Assembly (NCBI RefSeq): GCF_001194135.2
Contig: NC_068987.1
Span: forward strand, 49,105,533-49,169,532
DNA length: 64,000 bases
Source: Octopus bimaculoides
Lineage: Eukaryota
Direction of reading: 5' to 3'
Made by a program: the position numbers and the translations under genes. Of the stretch, positions 22,771-34,959 are shown in pieces; position 1 is the stretch's first letter; each line of letters opens with the position of its first letter. The notes under the pieces were generated by a model that had not been told where the DNA came from, ran no database searches, and was given only the letters and a program-made list of their open reading frames with translations.

Positions 22771-23544
22771 AAGTTTGTCTCATAGAATCTGGAACAGTCT
22801 TGGGCATGTTGGTGTCAAAAAAGTTAAGTTCTTATAAAATGGAATGAATAGTTGGTGTACCGTGACAAAAAGTAGAGGCCTAGATTTGTTATGACTCTAG
22901 ACTCCATACCGAAAGCAAAATTAAATTATCTGAAGATGTGAAAGTATTTACTTTCTTAATGAAGATTTTCTCACTAAAATCTTAACCTCTTCTTCTTTAG
23001 TCATTGGGTAGCATGAGGGTGACTTACCAATGAACTGATTCAGCAACTTAGGTTCATTTCCTAGTCATAGTCATTTTTATTTGCCCAGTTAATAATTTTT
23101 TGATCCTATATGACAATTATTTTTATCCAATGGAGTCAATAAGGGTGATAGATACCTCGGATATAAAAAAGACAAATAACTAATATTAGTGTGTAGAATT
23201 AATGAATAATTAATATTTTACTCTTAATACTTACTTCTACACTTCTCCTTTTCTTTTTTCTTCTCTATTTCCAGTTTTGTATTGTTTTGCCCATTAATCC
23301 ATCCTATGATATCCCTAGTTTTGTATCAGGTTTTCCATGAGAATAGTAGCTCCTTGCACTATCCTATTCTGATGTGGAAGAAAATGTTGTTGTGTGTGTT
23401 TCCATAAGACCCTTTTCACAGTACAACATAGCTGATTCAGAGAGAGAGCAGGGTGAGAGAGAGTGGAAGGGGAGAGAAAAAGAGAGAGAGAGATAGAAAT
23501 GGACAGACAGACAGAGTGGAGATGGAGGAAAAGAGAGGTTGAGA

Positions 23545-23975
23545 TAGAAGAACTAATCCCAGTATTTAACTAGTACTTTATTTAACTCCAAATCAATGTT
23601 GACCTCAGTGGGATTTGAACTCAGAGTACAGAGAGCTAAATCAAATTCTGCACAGTATTGTATTTAACACTCTAACAACTCTTACCAGTTTGGTACCTCT
23701 TCTGTATAACTATTGTTTTGTAAATATACAATACATATGTAAAGTAATGTTCTATCTTTTATCTTTTACTTGTTTCAGTCATTGGACTATGGCCATGCTG
23801 GAGCACCTACTAGAAGGGTTCAGTCAAATAAATCAACCCAAGCACTTTATTTTTTTCTCTTTTCTTTAAGCCTGGTACTTATTCTATCTCTAGGTTATAG
23901 GAATGTAAGCAAACCAACACTGATTGCCAAATTGTGGTAGTGGTGGCGACAAACACAAACATAAACACACGTGTG
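23545..23975 (-). mobile_element. SINE family B fragment (23545-23650) and SINE family A right half (23758-23975)
   Basis: GTTGACCTCAGTGGGATTTGAACTCAG and TTGTTTCAGTCATTGGACTATGGCCATGCTGGAGCACC. Confidence 0.7.
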
Positions 23976-23989
23976 CAGAGATATACATA

Positions 23990-25880
23990 TTCATCATCAT
24001 CATCATTCAACATCCATATCTCCGTCCTGGCATGAGCTGGGTGTTTTGACAAGAACAAATGAGTCAGAGGGCTGTACTGAATTCCAGTGTCTGCTTTGAC
24101 AGGGTTTCTACTGCTGAATGCCCTTCCTAATGCCAATTGCTTAACAAAGTGTATTGGGTACTTTTGACATGGCACCAGCACCAGTAAGGTTACCAAGTAA
24201 CTGCAAGACAAGACCCCTAAAGTGAGTAGGATATAGAATGGGTAAGAAACTAGAATAGAGGGACAGGAGTAGGTGTCTTGCTGAAGAAGTGAACTCATGG
24301 TGTGCCCACCTGAAAAGAAAGAAAGAGAGGGGGGGGGTAAGATCAAACTACAAATGTGAGACAGAATAGGACAGAAGAGTAGAAAAGTTGGGTGTGTAGA
24401 TAAGTGACTCTAAGTGAGAATAGTGTGACAGATGAATAGAGTTAGGGAATGAGTTGGATGCAGAGAATATGAGTTCAGTGGATGGGAGGTGAAGGAAGGA
24501 AATAAGGTAACATAGAAGCTTGATAGGAGAGTGAGTGTTAGAAGATGAGTATTAGAAGATGAGTTCCATCTGCTGAGATGGAAGAGTCTTCTTAAGCACA
24601 GCATATTGCCATTTATCTCAGTACCACATCATCTCCTCAGCGAGGCTCAACATCTCGAGGTCGGTTTTCACCACTTCGTCCCATGTCTTCCGCTTCCTCA
24701 GGAAGACATTGGCACTTCTTTGCACATTGCCATTTCTTTGATCTAGCTAGATCACATGACCATACCAGTGCAATCTTCTCTTCTGTGCACCACATCTGAT
24801 GTGATGCCACTTATGCCCAATTTTTTACTCAGCACATTTGCATTTTGTCATGCATGCACACTGACATTGCACTTCCATTGAAGCATGCTAGTTTCATTCC
24901 TTTCTAGTCTTTGCATACCCTCTGCATTCATGGTCCAAATTTTACAACCATCTAGCATACTGTTTTTATACAGGCATTGTATAATGTGTCTTTCACTTTG
25001 AGAGAGAAGCTTTTTATTGCCACCAAAGGAAAAAGTTCTCTGATCTTTCTCCAACCAGTTCTTATTCTAGCAACTATATTTTCAAAGCATACTCCTCCAC
25101 TGCTAATTAGGTCACCTAGATAACAAAAACTATCTACTATTTCCAGAGAGTCTCCTGGGAATTTCAGAACATCTATTTCCCATATGTTCTTATTGTTTAT
25201 TGCTTCTGCACATCTTCCACAAACAAATTCTACTTTCTCCATTAACCTTTCTGTGATTCCACTGTATCTCATATGTGTCCATAGTCTGCACTGAAGATGC
25301 CATGTAGAATTTCTACATACACCTTGTCTACATATAGGACAGGGCCATTTACCTGAAGAGATTAGCGTCCCGTCTCTTTTCCTGCTAACTAGAAATTTGG
25401 TCATTGTTAAATTAAATTTAAAACACTTTGATTCTATGTTTTACTTCCACACCTGACATTTCATTTCTAATTCTACTAAAGCTATAAGAACAAGGTTAGC
25501 ATGGAGGAGTTCCTATGGGCAACCAATCTTAAATTCCACCATTATGATCTGGAGACCTGTGATAAATAGCTGAACACTGATGAACTCCACACTAAATTCA
25601 TCACTGTACTCATTAGCTCTCACGTGCCAACAGCAACCCTGTACATGGCTTGAATGGCTCTCACAACCCATTCATCTACTTGTAGTTTCCACAACGACCA
25701 CCAAATAAGGTTTTCTCCAGATTGCCAAAAACCAAGTACAGTAGTTTACTTTTTGCTAAATCCTTCTCCTGTAGTTGCCAAACTATAAAGAGAGCATCGG
25801 TAGTACTTCTCCCAGGCATGAAACCAAATTGCATCCCATGTAAGTCAACTCTCTAATTACCTAGCAATAACTCTCTCAGT
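23990..25880 (-). mobile_element. Degenerate RTE LINE (tail ~23990-24300, RT/C-terminus ~24575-25880)
   Basis: KWPCPICRQG...DSFCYLGDLIS...ARIRTGWRKIREL; the RT region contains stops. Confidence 0.85.
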
Positions 25881-25944
25881 GGCTTTCATAACACTGAGCT
25901 GCTCTGCTGAATTCCAGATGAGAAATTTTCAGCAAATGTAAACA

Positions 25945-26338
25945 GGTGCAGGAGTGGCTGCGTGGTAAGTAGCTTGCTAACCAACCATATGGTTCCGGGT
26001 TCAGTCCCACTGCATGGCACCTTGGACAAGTGTCTTCTACTATAGCCTTGGGCCAACTAAAGCCTTGTGAGTGGATTTGGTAGATGGAAACTGAAAAGAA
26101 GCCCATTGTATGTGTGCGTGTGTGTGTGTGTTTGTGTGTCTGTGTTTGTCCTCCCACCATCGCTTGACAACCTATGTTGGCATGTCTACGTCCCCGTAAC
26201 TTAGTGGTTCAGCAAAAGAGACTGATACAATAAGTGCTAGGCTTACAAAAAATAAGTCATGGGGTTGATTTGTTTGACTATAAGGCAGTGCTCCAGCATG
26301 GCTGTAGTCATAATGATTGAAACAAATAAAAGAATAAA
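25945..26338 (+). mobile_element. SINE family A, full length
   Basis: Both halves plus an internal (TG)n. Confidence 0.88.
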
Positions 26339-26809
26339 AGATTATGGACAAGTTTCTTTTGGTAGATTGAAGAACACCCCGCCTCTCTGAAATGAGTAGT
26401 TGTATTGTGAACTTTAGACCTCTTTCCATTGATTCTACACCAACTCGCCTTATTATGGCTTTACACTCAAAGGGGACATAACTCTAATTCTCCCTCTATC
26501 CTTTCTTTTCCCATTTTTCTCACTTGTCTACTCTTTTCATCCACTTTCCTTTTATTTTTCTTTGTGATTTTTCTTGTTCTATTGCCCTGATTTGTAACAT
26601 GTACAGGTCATGTGCTCATAGTCTGAAGATTACTTGGAAACACTAGGCATATTATAAAAACCTGTCAAGACCATGTCTCTAATGTATGAAACTATTAGTA
26701 GCTCATAATTATATACTGCACACATTAGACGATATTTATCTCTTACCAGATGGAGAATTGTTTTTGCTGATCTTACTTTAGCAGAAAAGTAAACTATATA
26801 TATATATAT

Positions 26810-27110
26810 ATGGGAGAATTTACGAAAAAACAACAGACGAAGACAGGTGGTGTAAGCAACAAATGGATGTATTAGTTTAACGCTCAGGAATAGAGAAAGT
26901 CTTTGACGTTTCGAGCTTACACTCTTCAACTGAAAGGAATACAGAAAGAAATAAGGAGAGAAACAAGGAGAAAAAAATATAAATGTAGTGGTCAGCAATC
27001 TATCATGGCGAATGCCGGACAGAAGGATCATACAGGAGAGCGAAGAAAAAGGGGAGATAACAAAGAAGTGGTGAACCCAAGGCGAGAAGCTGCGTGTGTG
27101 TGAGAGAATG
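26810..27110 (-). mobile_element. Penelope-like LTR-type repeat containing a variant hammerhead motif (26901-26936)
   Basis: Homologous to 47156-47285; minus strand CTTT-CAGTTGA-A-GAGT gtaa GCTC-GAAA-CG-TC-AAAG. Confidence 0.5.
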
Positions 27111-27317
27111 CNNNNNNNNNNNNNNNNNNNNNNNNNNNNNNNNNNNNNNNNNNNNNNNNNNNNNNNNNNNNNNNNNNNNNNNNNNNNNNNNNNNNNNNNN
27201 NNNNNNNNNNNNNNNNNNNNNNNNNNNNNNNNNNNNNNNNNNNNNNNNNNNNNNNNNNNNNNNNNNNNNNNNNNNNNNNNNNNNNNNATATATATATATA
27301 TATATATATATAATTGG

Positions 27318-27445
27318 TTTCCTTCAATTTCCAACTATCAAATCCACTCACAAGGCTTTAGTTGGCCTGGACTATAGAAGAAAATACTTGCCCAAGATAC
27401 CATGCAATGTGACTAAATCCAAGACCACATGGTTGGGAAGCAAAC
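27318..27445 (-). mobile_element. SINE family A left half
   Basis: Reverse complement of the family A head. Confidence 0.7.
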
Positions 27446-28174
27446 TTCTTAACACATTATTTCAGTGTATGACATATTTTCCTTCCAGAGACTTTTAAAC
27501 CTAAATATTAGGAGTGTGCAATATACACAGGAATTAAGTATCACCCTTTTTTTGTTGTTGTTGTTCTGGGCCAAATGCAAAACAATATTAAAAATGACTT
27601 GATCAGAAATAAGTTATATCTGCTGTCAAAAGTAACTGATGTGTAACGGTGTAAAGTTTATGATGCTGATGAAATATTGATACCTGTTGCATGATGTTTA
27701 CACACCATGCATGACTGCTCATAATGAATAAAACAATATCTCACTAAAAACAGTAAAATTTTGCTCATATATTATTGATGTGGATTAATCAGAAAACAAA
27801 AGTAACTTTGGTAGAAATGAAATACTGTTTTATTTTGTTTTTATCATGATAAAAATTCACAAAAAAGTGTGTGTGACTTCATACTATAAATAGACAGTCT
27901 GCACCATTATTGATGTCAACACAATTAATGTCCCATGAAATTACATTTACAGGAAACAAGTAATGAAATACAGGAGTGGCTACCAATGTTTTAATCACAT
28001 CTCAGTTTTAACTATGTACCAATAACAGAACAGTGATGTAATCACACACTAACAAGCTGATTGTTTTTGTTTTTTTAGTTTCAGACTGATATTACTCATT
28101 TGCTAAATTCACTTAGAATTTAGACATTTACTATCAATACATGTACACTGAGAAGTGCAGCATGGCTTTAGACA

Positions 28175-28330
28175 CAAGAGCAGCTGTATGGTTAGGAAGT
28201 TTGTTTCCCAGATACATGGTTTCAGGTTCAGGCCCACTATATGGAATCTTAGGCAAGTGTCTTTTATATCCTTGGGCCAACTAAAGACTTGTGAGTAAAT
28301 TTACTAAATGGAAACTGAAAGAAACTTGTC
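28175..28330 (+). mobile_element. SINE family A left half
   Basis: GGTTCAGGCCCACT...GGCAAGTGTCTT...GGAAACTGAAAGAA. Confidence 0.7.
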
Positions 28331-28859
28331 ATATATGAGTGTGTGTGTGTGTGTATGTGTGTGCGTGTGTGTGTGTGTGTGTGCGTGTGCATGTACATTG
28401 AGTTTGTGTCTCCTAGTGTGGGCATCATGTAAGAGCTGTAAACAAGCATCACCACTGTACAAACAATGTCTTTTGCTTCCAATCTTCCATGGAAACATGT
28501 CTAGTTTTGGGGAAATATTACTTTAGTTGGAAATAGGTGAGGGTTGATGATAGCAAGAGCACATGGCTGCAGAAAATCTAACTTAATGAATTCCATTCGA
28601 CTCATGCAAGCATAGAAAAGTGGACATGAAAATGATGATGATGACAATGATGGTGGTGGTGGCAGCGGTGGTAGTGGTGGTGGCGACGGCGGCGGAAGCA
28701 GTAGCAGCGAGGAGGATGTTCTCATTTAGAAATTTAGCAGTTCGTGTTTCAGCTACTGCTGATTTGCCATCAAAACTGAGAGAGTCGACTTCATTACTGT
28801 TCATATCAAAGGTAGATGTCATCACATAACTGGCGGCATTGTCAATGCTGCTTTGATCA

Positions 28860-29400
28860 CCTCCCATGTCATTATCCAAAGAGTCATCCTAAAATTGCTC
28901 TTCCAAAAAAGGATTGTCTTCACTACCAGCCAGTGCAGTTGTAATGCAGCATCTTTTGAGAGAATTTATAAAAATAGCTTCAGAGATGCTCTTCCAGGCT
29001 TTCAGGAGCTACGTACTTACAAAGGAGATCCCTGCTCAGTGAATGCAGTGTGTTGAAGTAATGAACTTTTGCCCCTTTGCCAGTCACTGGATCCACTTGA
29101 TCCAAACATGCAACTTCAAAAGCTTGTTCATGCTGATATCCAAAAATTGTAGAAGAGTGATCATCTCACCTGGAATGATAGAAAGATCAGTTTTCAAAAT
29201 TTCAGCTGTTTCATTAGTATCTAAATGCATCAAACATTAGTAAGAGCAGATGTTTCAACAGACCCCTTGGACATTGCCCTTACACTGTTTTGATCCAGTC
29301 ACTTATTATCTCGGAATCAAACATCAAACCACTTTTCTTGCGGGCATCAATCTTAATGAACAAATGCTTTCTCACATATGGTGGTAGCTTTTCCCACTAA
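28860..29400 (-). pseudogene. pogo/POGK-like DDE transposase remnant
   Basis: Minus frames: WEKLPPY...DWIKTV*GQCPRGLLKHLLLLMFDAFR; TDLSIIPGEMITLLQFLDISMNK; KAWKSISEAIFINSLKRCCITTALAGSED. These match pogo DDE motifs VLDSFR, IPGG.T..LQPLDV..NK and KKCCI.NALDGSED. Confidence 0.8.
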
Positions 29401-29444
29401 CATTACTGTAAAATAGATATTTTCAATGAATTCCAGTGGTCTTG

Positions 29445-29447
<3 letters not shown>

Positions 29448-29485
<38 letters not shown>

Positions 29486-29507
29486 GGTGGTGGTGGTGGT
29501 GGTGGTG

Positions 29508-29600
<93 letters not shown>
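29448..29600. repeat. (TAG)n/(TGG)n microsatellite
   Basis: Direct inspection. Confidence 0.95.
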
Positions 29601-29772
29601 ACTGAGGCAACAGCAATAGCATGTGGAGAAGTAAGGTTAGTTTGTGATAATTTGGGTTCAATCTTCTTCAAACTGTTATTGCTGTTGTTGTTGCCGTGAG
29701 CATTGTTGTTGTTGTTCAACAAGTATTAGTTACCATTGGTGTTGTTATTGTGATAGAGGAATATTAAACAGT

Positions 29773-29819
<47 letters not shown>

Positions 29820-31302
29820 NNNNNNNNNNNNNNNNNNNNNNNNNNNNNNNNNNNNNNNNNNNNNNNNNNNNNNNNNNNNNNNNNNNNNNNNNNNNNNNNN
29901 NNNNNNNNNNNNNNNNNNNNNNNNNNNNNNNNNNNNNNNNNNNNNNNNNNNNNNNNNNNNNNNNNNNNNNNNNNNNNNNNNNNNNNNNNNNNNNNNNNNN
30001 NNNNNNNNNNNTGATGGTGATGGTGGTGGTGGTGTTGGTGGTGGTGGTGGTGGTAGAAAGATGTTAAATGGAAGATGTTAAATGGAAAGATGTTAAATGT
30101 TTGCAGTGTCATGCATATGTTGGATCATTGTGTTTCTACAGGTTCACAACAATCTACTAAGAAAACTTGGAGCTTTTAAAGCTGGCAGGCTACTTGGTGA
30201 AGTAGAATTTCTGTTCCAGCTGAATTTGGCACTTGATCATCAGATTAATCAGACTTCCTTGACAAAGTAACTCTCCTCATTTGAGCTCCATATACAATGT
30301 ATGTAAAGGTGGTCAACTTGTGTCCCATCAATCAGGCAGAGCTGAAAACTGATATTAGGGCTTCTGTCACACTTCAGCAATGTCACAGGCTGGTTTCCTC
30401 AAAGCCACAACATAGTCAAGCAGTCATTGAAACTAAACAAAGCTCAAGCCAAGAACTAACTGATATTCTGTACCCTACTTTTTAAATTTTAGACCAACTT
30501 GCTCTATTGCAATGATATGTTTTGGATGTTCAGATGTTATATTCTAATATTTCTGAGATTTAGGATTTGTTCATGATCCCTGCATGGAAGCAATAATTGT
30601 AGTTTATATCAACAAAATACTGAGAATAAATCAGTTTAGATTTATTGAGTCTAATACAATTGAAATCTTGATGTTTTGACTTAACTGAAAACAAATATAC
30701 AACTAAAACAATTGCAGCATGGAAAATGTTTGTAAGCCATTTAAAAACACACAAAAACCTTTAGTTTCACTTCAACATTTAAATTTAATTTGTGTCAAAA
30801 TATTTTCATTGCTTTGAAACTGCAATCTGTTCACTGACAAAACTTCATGCTGCATTGTTTTTGTGTCAGCACAATCTCAGATCAAGTCACTTGCTATGGA
30901 AGTACATCTCCGTAAATATATAACTCCTGTGTAATAAAGTAAACTTCTGAAATACGCCAGTGTAGGTGTATATAAAATATAGATTCCAGGCAGAAATAAG
31001 AACTCAGATCAATATGAACCAGGATCAATAAGATCCATTAAAAAACCAAAACCCTTAAAGGCAATGCCCCAGCATGGGAGCAGATCAATGATGGGAAACA
31101 GCAAAATGTATGTTGACTTTAAAACAAAAATTTGACTCAGCCCTTTGAGTTTAGTGGCTGCTGACAAGTATTTCAATTTTCAGTTGCAATGTACTCAGTA
31201 CCGGAGAGTAGAAATAAGTTTTCAATATACTAAATCCTCAACCAATTTTGATTCCTCATTGCATTTTATTTTTAATGAGCAGATGTTATAAAAGTGACAT
31301 AA

Positions 31303-31500
31303 CCCTTTAGCATTCAGATTACTTTCTCAAATGTAATACTTATCTAGTTCACATCGTTTTAAACTAATCCTGCATTATTTTGAAGCTCTGAGATTTTGAT
31401 GATATGATTGCTTATTTCAGAATAACATAGGTATGAGAAACTAGATCTGGCTAGTTTGTACTTAAAACAGGTAGCATATTGGATTAGGTATGTTAAAGGG
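31303..31500. mobile_element. piggyBac-type MITE
   Basis: Ends CCCTTTAGCAT...ATGTTAAAGGG with degenerate TTAA-like flanks (ATAA / GTAA). Confidence 0.6.
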
Positions 31501-32199
31501 GTAAGGACTAAGAGTTTCATACGCAGCAGTTATCAAATATTGTACTGAGTTCTATTTATCTTGTTTGTCCTACCAAACTTGATTCCTTCATTGTAGCTAT
31601 TTTAAACCACATCATTAATCTTCATACTAGAGTCATGAACGTCATGCAGTCTTATTCTCCCCACTCCCACCTTATAAACACAAGACTTTTCTGCACATGT
31701 TGAGTCAGTCATTTATTGGCTGTTAAGTAGAAAGCAAATTTTATAGTGTGTTGGTGAAGAATTTACAGTATTTTCTATGAAATGATACACGGAAGTGGTT
31801 TCTTCATTTCCTTCTTGTGATAGGCATGAAGCCATAAAATATTTCCAGAGTATCTGGTACCTATTCCTGACAGCCAAGTTCACTGAAGCATATCAAGTAT
31901 AATGTTTTGACTAGAAACACAATGAAACATCTGATTGGATGATGATGTGTGAGCTGGTTATCCATTACCTTTTCTCCCATACCTTTAACCAGTTAAGCTC
32001 TAATGTGAGATATCAACATTCACTTTCAATAGTATTTGAGAAGTTTTAGTGGTCTGTGGCCTACACATTTAACATGTAATTCACAATCTGTAAATCTGAC
32101 TTAAGCTTTTTTTTTTCATAGTAAAGGCCATCTTATCAAAATGGAAATATGTATCCATAAAAATATAAGAAATTGTGTAAATGATTTGATCATTTAATA

Positions 32200-32931
32200 T
32201 ATTGGAAGGTCAATTCTGATTTATCTGTGTAACAATTACAATGCCTTACAGCTTCTAAATTGGTAAAAAAGATTCCTGATGATAAATCAAGAAAAACACA
32301 AATGAAATGTACTTTATGCCAAATACCTTTTCTATGTTCTGAGCTTGAGTGCCACTGGGTTTAGCTTTGATACTAGTTTCTCTTAAGGCCAATGAAACAC
32401 AAACAAGTAATATATTAGGCCTTTTCTACATTTTAAATTTACATATCACTGCATTTAACTCTATCATTCATATCCCCAAGGCCAATGAAATACATACCAG
32501 TAACATATGAGGGCCTTCTCTACATTTTGAGTTTAAGTTCCTCTGGGTTTGGCTTTGCTGTTAGTTCCCCTAAGGTCTTTGAAATATATACCAGTAATAT
32601 ATCAAAGCCAATTAAATTAACATTATTTCTTAGCTATAAAATGTAGCCTTGAGGTTTATCAAAAAAATAAAATCATCAGTTATTTACTTGAGTGAGAACA
32701 TTTGACTTTGGACAATTATTTCTTTGAAATGAATCTTATTTCAAATCATACAAAACCATGATAAAGTTATATTATTTTTGATGCCATGCTTTGACTGATT
32801 ACTTTTGACTGGGCACAAAGTCAGGTTTTATATAGGTAAGGTGGGCATGTAATTAATTAAGATGTTATTAATTTATTAAAATACTGCTGGTATTTATCAC
32901 ACTAACATTGGATTAATGAAGTTGAGGGTTA
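32200..32931 (+). mobile_element. Possible piggyBac 3' end (Cys-rich C-terminal domain and subterminal repeats)
   Basis: LVKKIPDDKSRKTQMKCTLCQIPFLC; ~95-bp-spaced direct repeats AAGGCCAATGAAA...; ends GAGGG-TTAA. Confidence 0.4.
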
Positions 32932-32959
32932 ATTCTAAAAAGATTCAGAATTCAGAACA

Positions 32960-33480
32960 GCCTGGCAAAACTAAAAACCATGAAACAGTTAGTTAGCTGA
33001 TTTACAATTTCTACCAACTTGTTTCTTTTTGTCAAAGATATCTGCACAATGGAAAACATTTCACTTTGCAAGAATGGGTTGTTTGCCAAATGTGTTGTCA
33101 TCAAGAATCTCAACAACAATATCCCACAATCCAATATAATGCAAAAAAAAAAGGTGTAAATAATGGCTTATTTTAACAGCCTCCTACACTTTATCTTACA
33201 AGAGAATACAATGCCGTTAGCTGATCTTCATTTCTTGGCAAAGTTGCCAGAAAAAATGGTGTTGAAAAAGAGAATTGGCTCTCAAGAAATCTTGTTGCAA
33301 CCTGCGATCTATTGTACAAACAGCAGCTACTCAACTGAAGCTAGAGATTAGATGCAAATGTTAAATGCATCAACAATAAATAAGCAAATAAAATGCCTGC
33401 TCTTACAGCTTCCTACTGAAGACCTCCCAGAGCAGCAAACTTCTGAAGTAGTATCACGACTTATACAAACCTCTGTATTG
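32960..33480 (-). pseudogene. Highly degenerate hAT (Buster/Charlie-like) transposase remnant
   Basis: LRANSLFQHHFFWQLCQEM and CADIFDK resemble IKA.SLN.RLF.QLC.EM and LADIF.KL. Confidence 0.4.
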
Positions 33481-33704
33481 TTCGTTAAGTGTAGCATTAA
33501 TTAACACAGAACCTTACATTATCTTTGGTATGTATAAGATATGTAACAATGAGCAGACCTAATCTCTTAGGTATTATCAATAAAAATGATATTCACGCAA
33601 TTCAGCATTAAAACAGCTTTATTGTGATGAATGGCATTATTATGAATGGTTCATATGAATGCTATATGTATGTATGCATGTATGAATGCATGTTTGTGTC
33701 TGGA

Positions 33705-33820
33705 AATATGGCTGTGTCATTAAGAAATTTGCTTCCCGACCATGCAGTTTAAGGTTCAGTTCCACTGTATGGCACCTTGGACAAGTATCTTCTACTATAG
33801 TCTGGGCCAACCAAAGCCTA
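33705..33820 (+). mobile_element. SINE family A left half
   Basis: GGCTGTGTCATTAAG...GGTTCAGTTCCACTG...CTTCTACTATAG. Confidence 0.7.
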
Positions 33821-34175
33821 ATGACTAAAAGAAGCTCATTTCTAATTTGACCAAAAATCCTACTTAAGAACTTGGTTGGGAAGTTCTCCTGCACCTACCA
33901 TATTCTCCTGATATAACACCTTCAGATTATTACAGTTTTTGATTGCTGTCCAACAGTTTTATTCAGAAATGACATGGAGCTGAAAATGTGTCGTGACGAA
34001 TTCTTCAAGTCAGGACTTGATGAATTTCACCACCAAGGTATTGAAAAGCTTGTGGAATGTTGGCAAGAAGTCATAAACAATGAATGAGAATATATCATGG
34101 ATTGAGTTGTTAAAATTGTTGATGAAAAATAAGGATTAACATAAGTGGAAGAAAAGCTAAACAAATTTATCTAAC
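33821..34175 (+). mobile_element. Mariner 3' fragment
   Basis: ELGWEVLLHLPYSPDITPSDY and GIEKLVECWQEVINNE*EYI. Confidence 0.8.
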
Positions 34176-34240
34176 AACCCAATATGTATACATACATACA
34201 TACATACATACATACACAGGCACACACACACACATATGTA

Positions 34241-34277
<37 letters not shown>

Positions 34278-34959
34278 GTGTGTGTGTATAAGAGAAAGCC
34301 CGTGACTCTGTAATCATGTGTCTCTAAGGAAGTGAGAAGTAGACAAATGGTTTGTTTGAGCTGTAGCAAACTCATAAGAGGCAGAGAGAGAACGTAAGTT
34401 CGTTTGCCCGAACATGAGAAATTATTGATTTCCCATTGGTTAAAAATTACTGCCCATATACAAATTATGAACTTCGTTGAAGAAATCTTTCACGGGGTTA
34501 CGGTTCTATGATTCGTGTATGAGTAGTTATAAAAACTCTGATTTTCAGCAAACTCTCCAGTGATCATTGGACGGCCACTCAAATCCACAACACTCACCCT
34601 TTTGAGTATCAGCTAATATATATGCCATGTTCAATACTCAAATTCGACAATATTGAATTTTTGTGAAACCTTATAGCTAGGATGAAAAATTAGTTAATAT
34701 AAAATTTAAGTCGTAATTCTCTACGACGAAATGACTTGTTTCTAAATGTTCTATAAATGTAAAAAAAAAATGTATATAATAAATTAATGTAGAAACTTAA
34801 TTCCTTTTACTTCTCGTTTCTTTCAACTTGTTGAATTTATTTCTGTATATTAATGAAACTGTATTTTATTATGTGTAACGGTAAAAAAAAAATATAATCT
34901 ATATCTTCAACATACATGTACATATGAATGCACGTTCAGCGTCTTGGTATGATGTATAG

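Noticed and set aside
26612-26650. CTGAAGA-ttacttg-GAAA hammerhead-like string
   Set aside because: No stem II pairing and poor stem I; at best a dead remnant.
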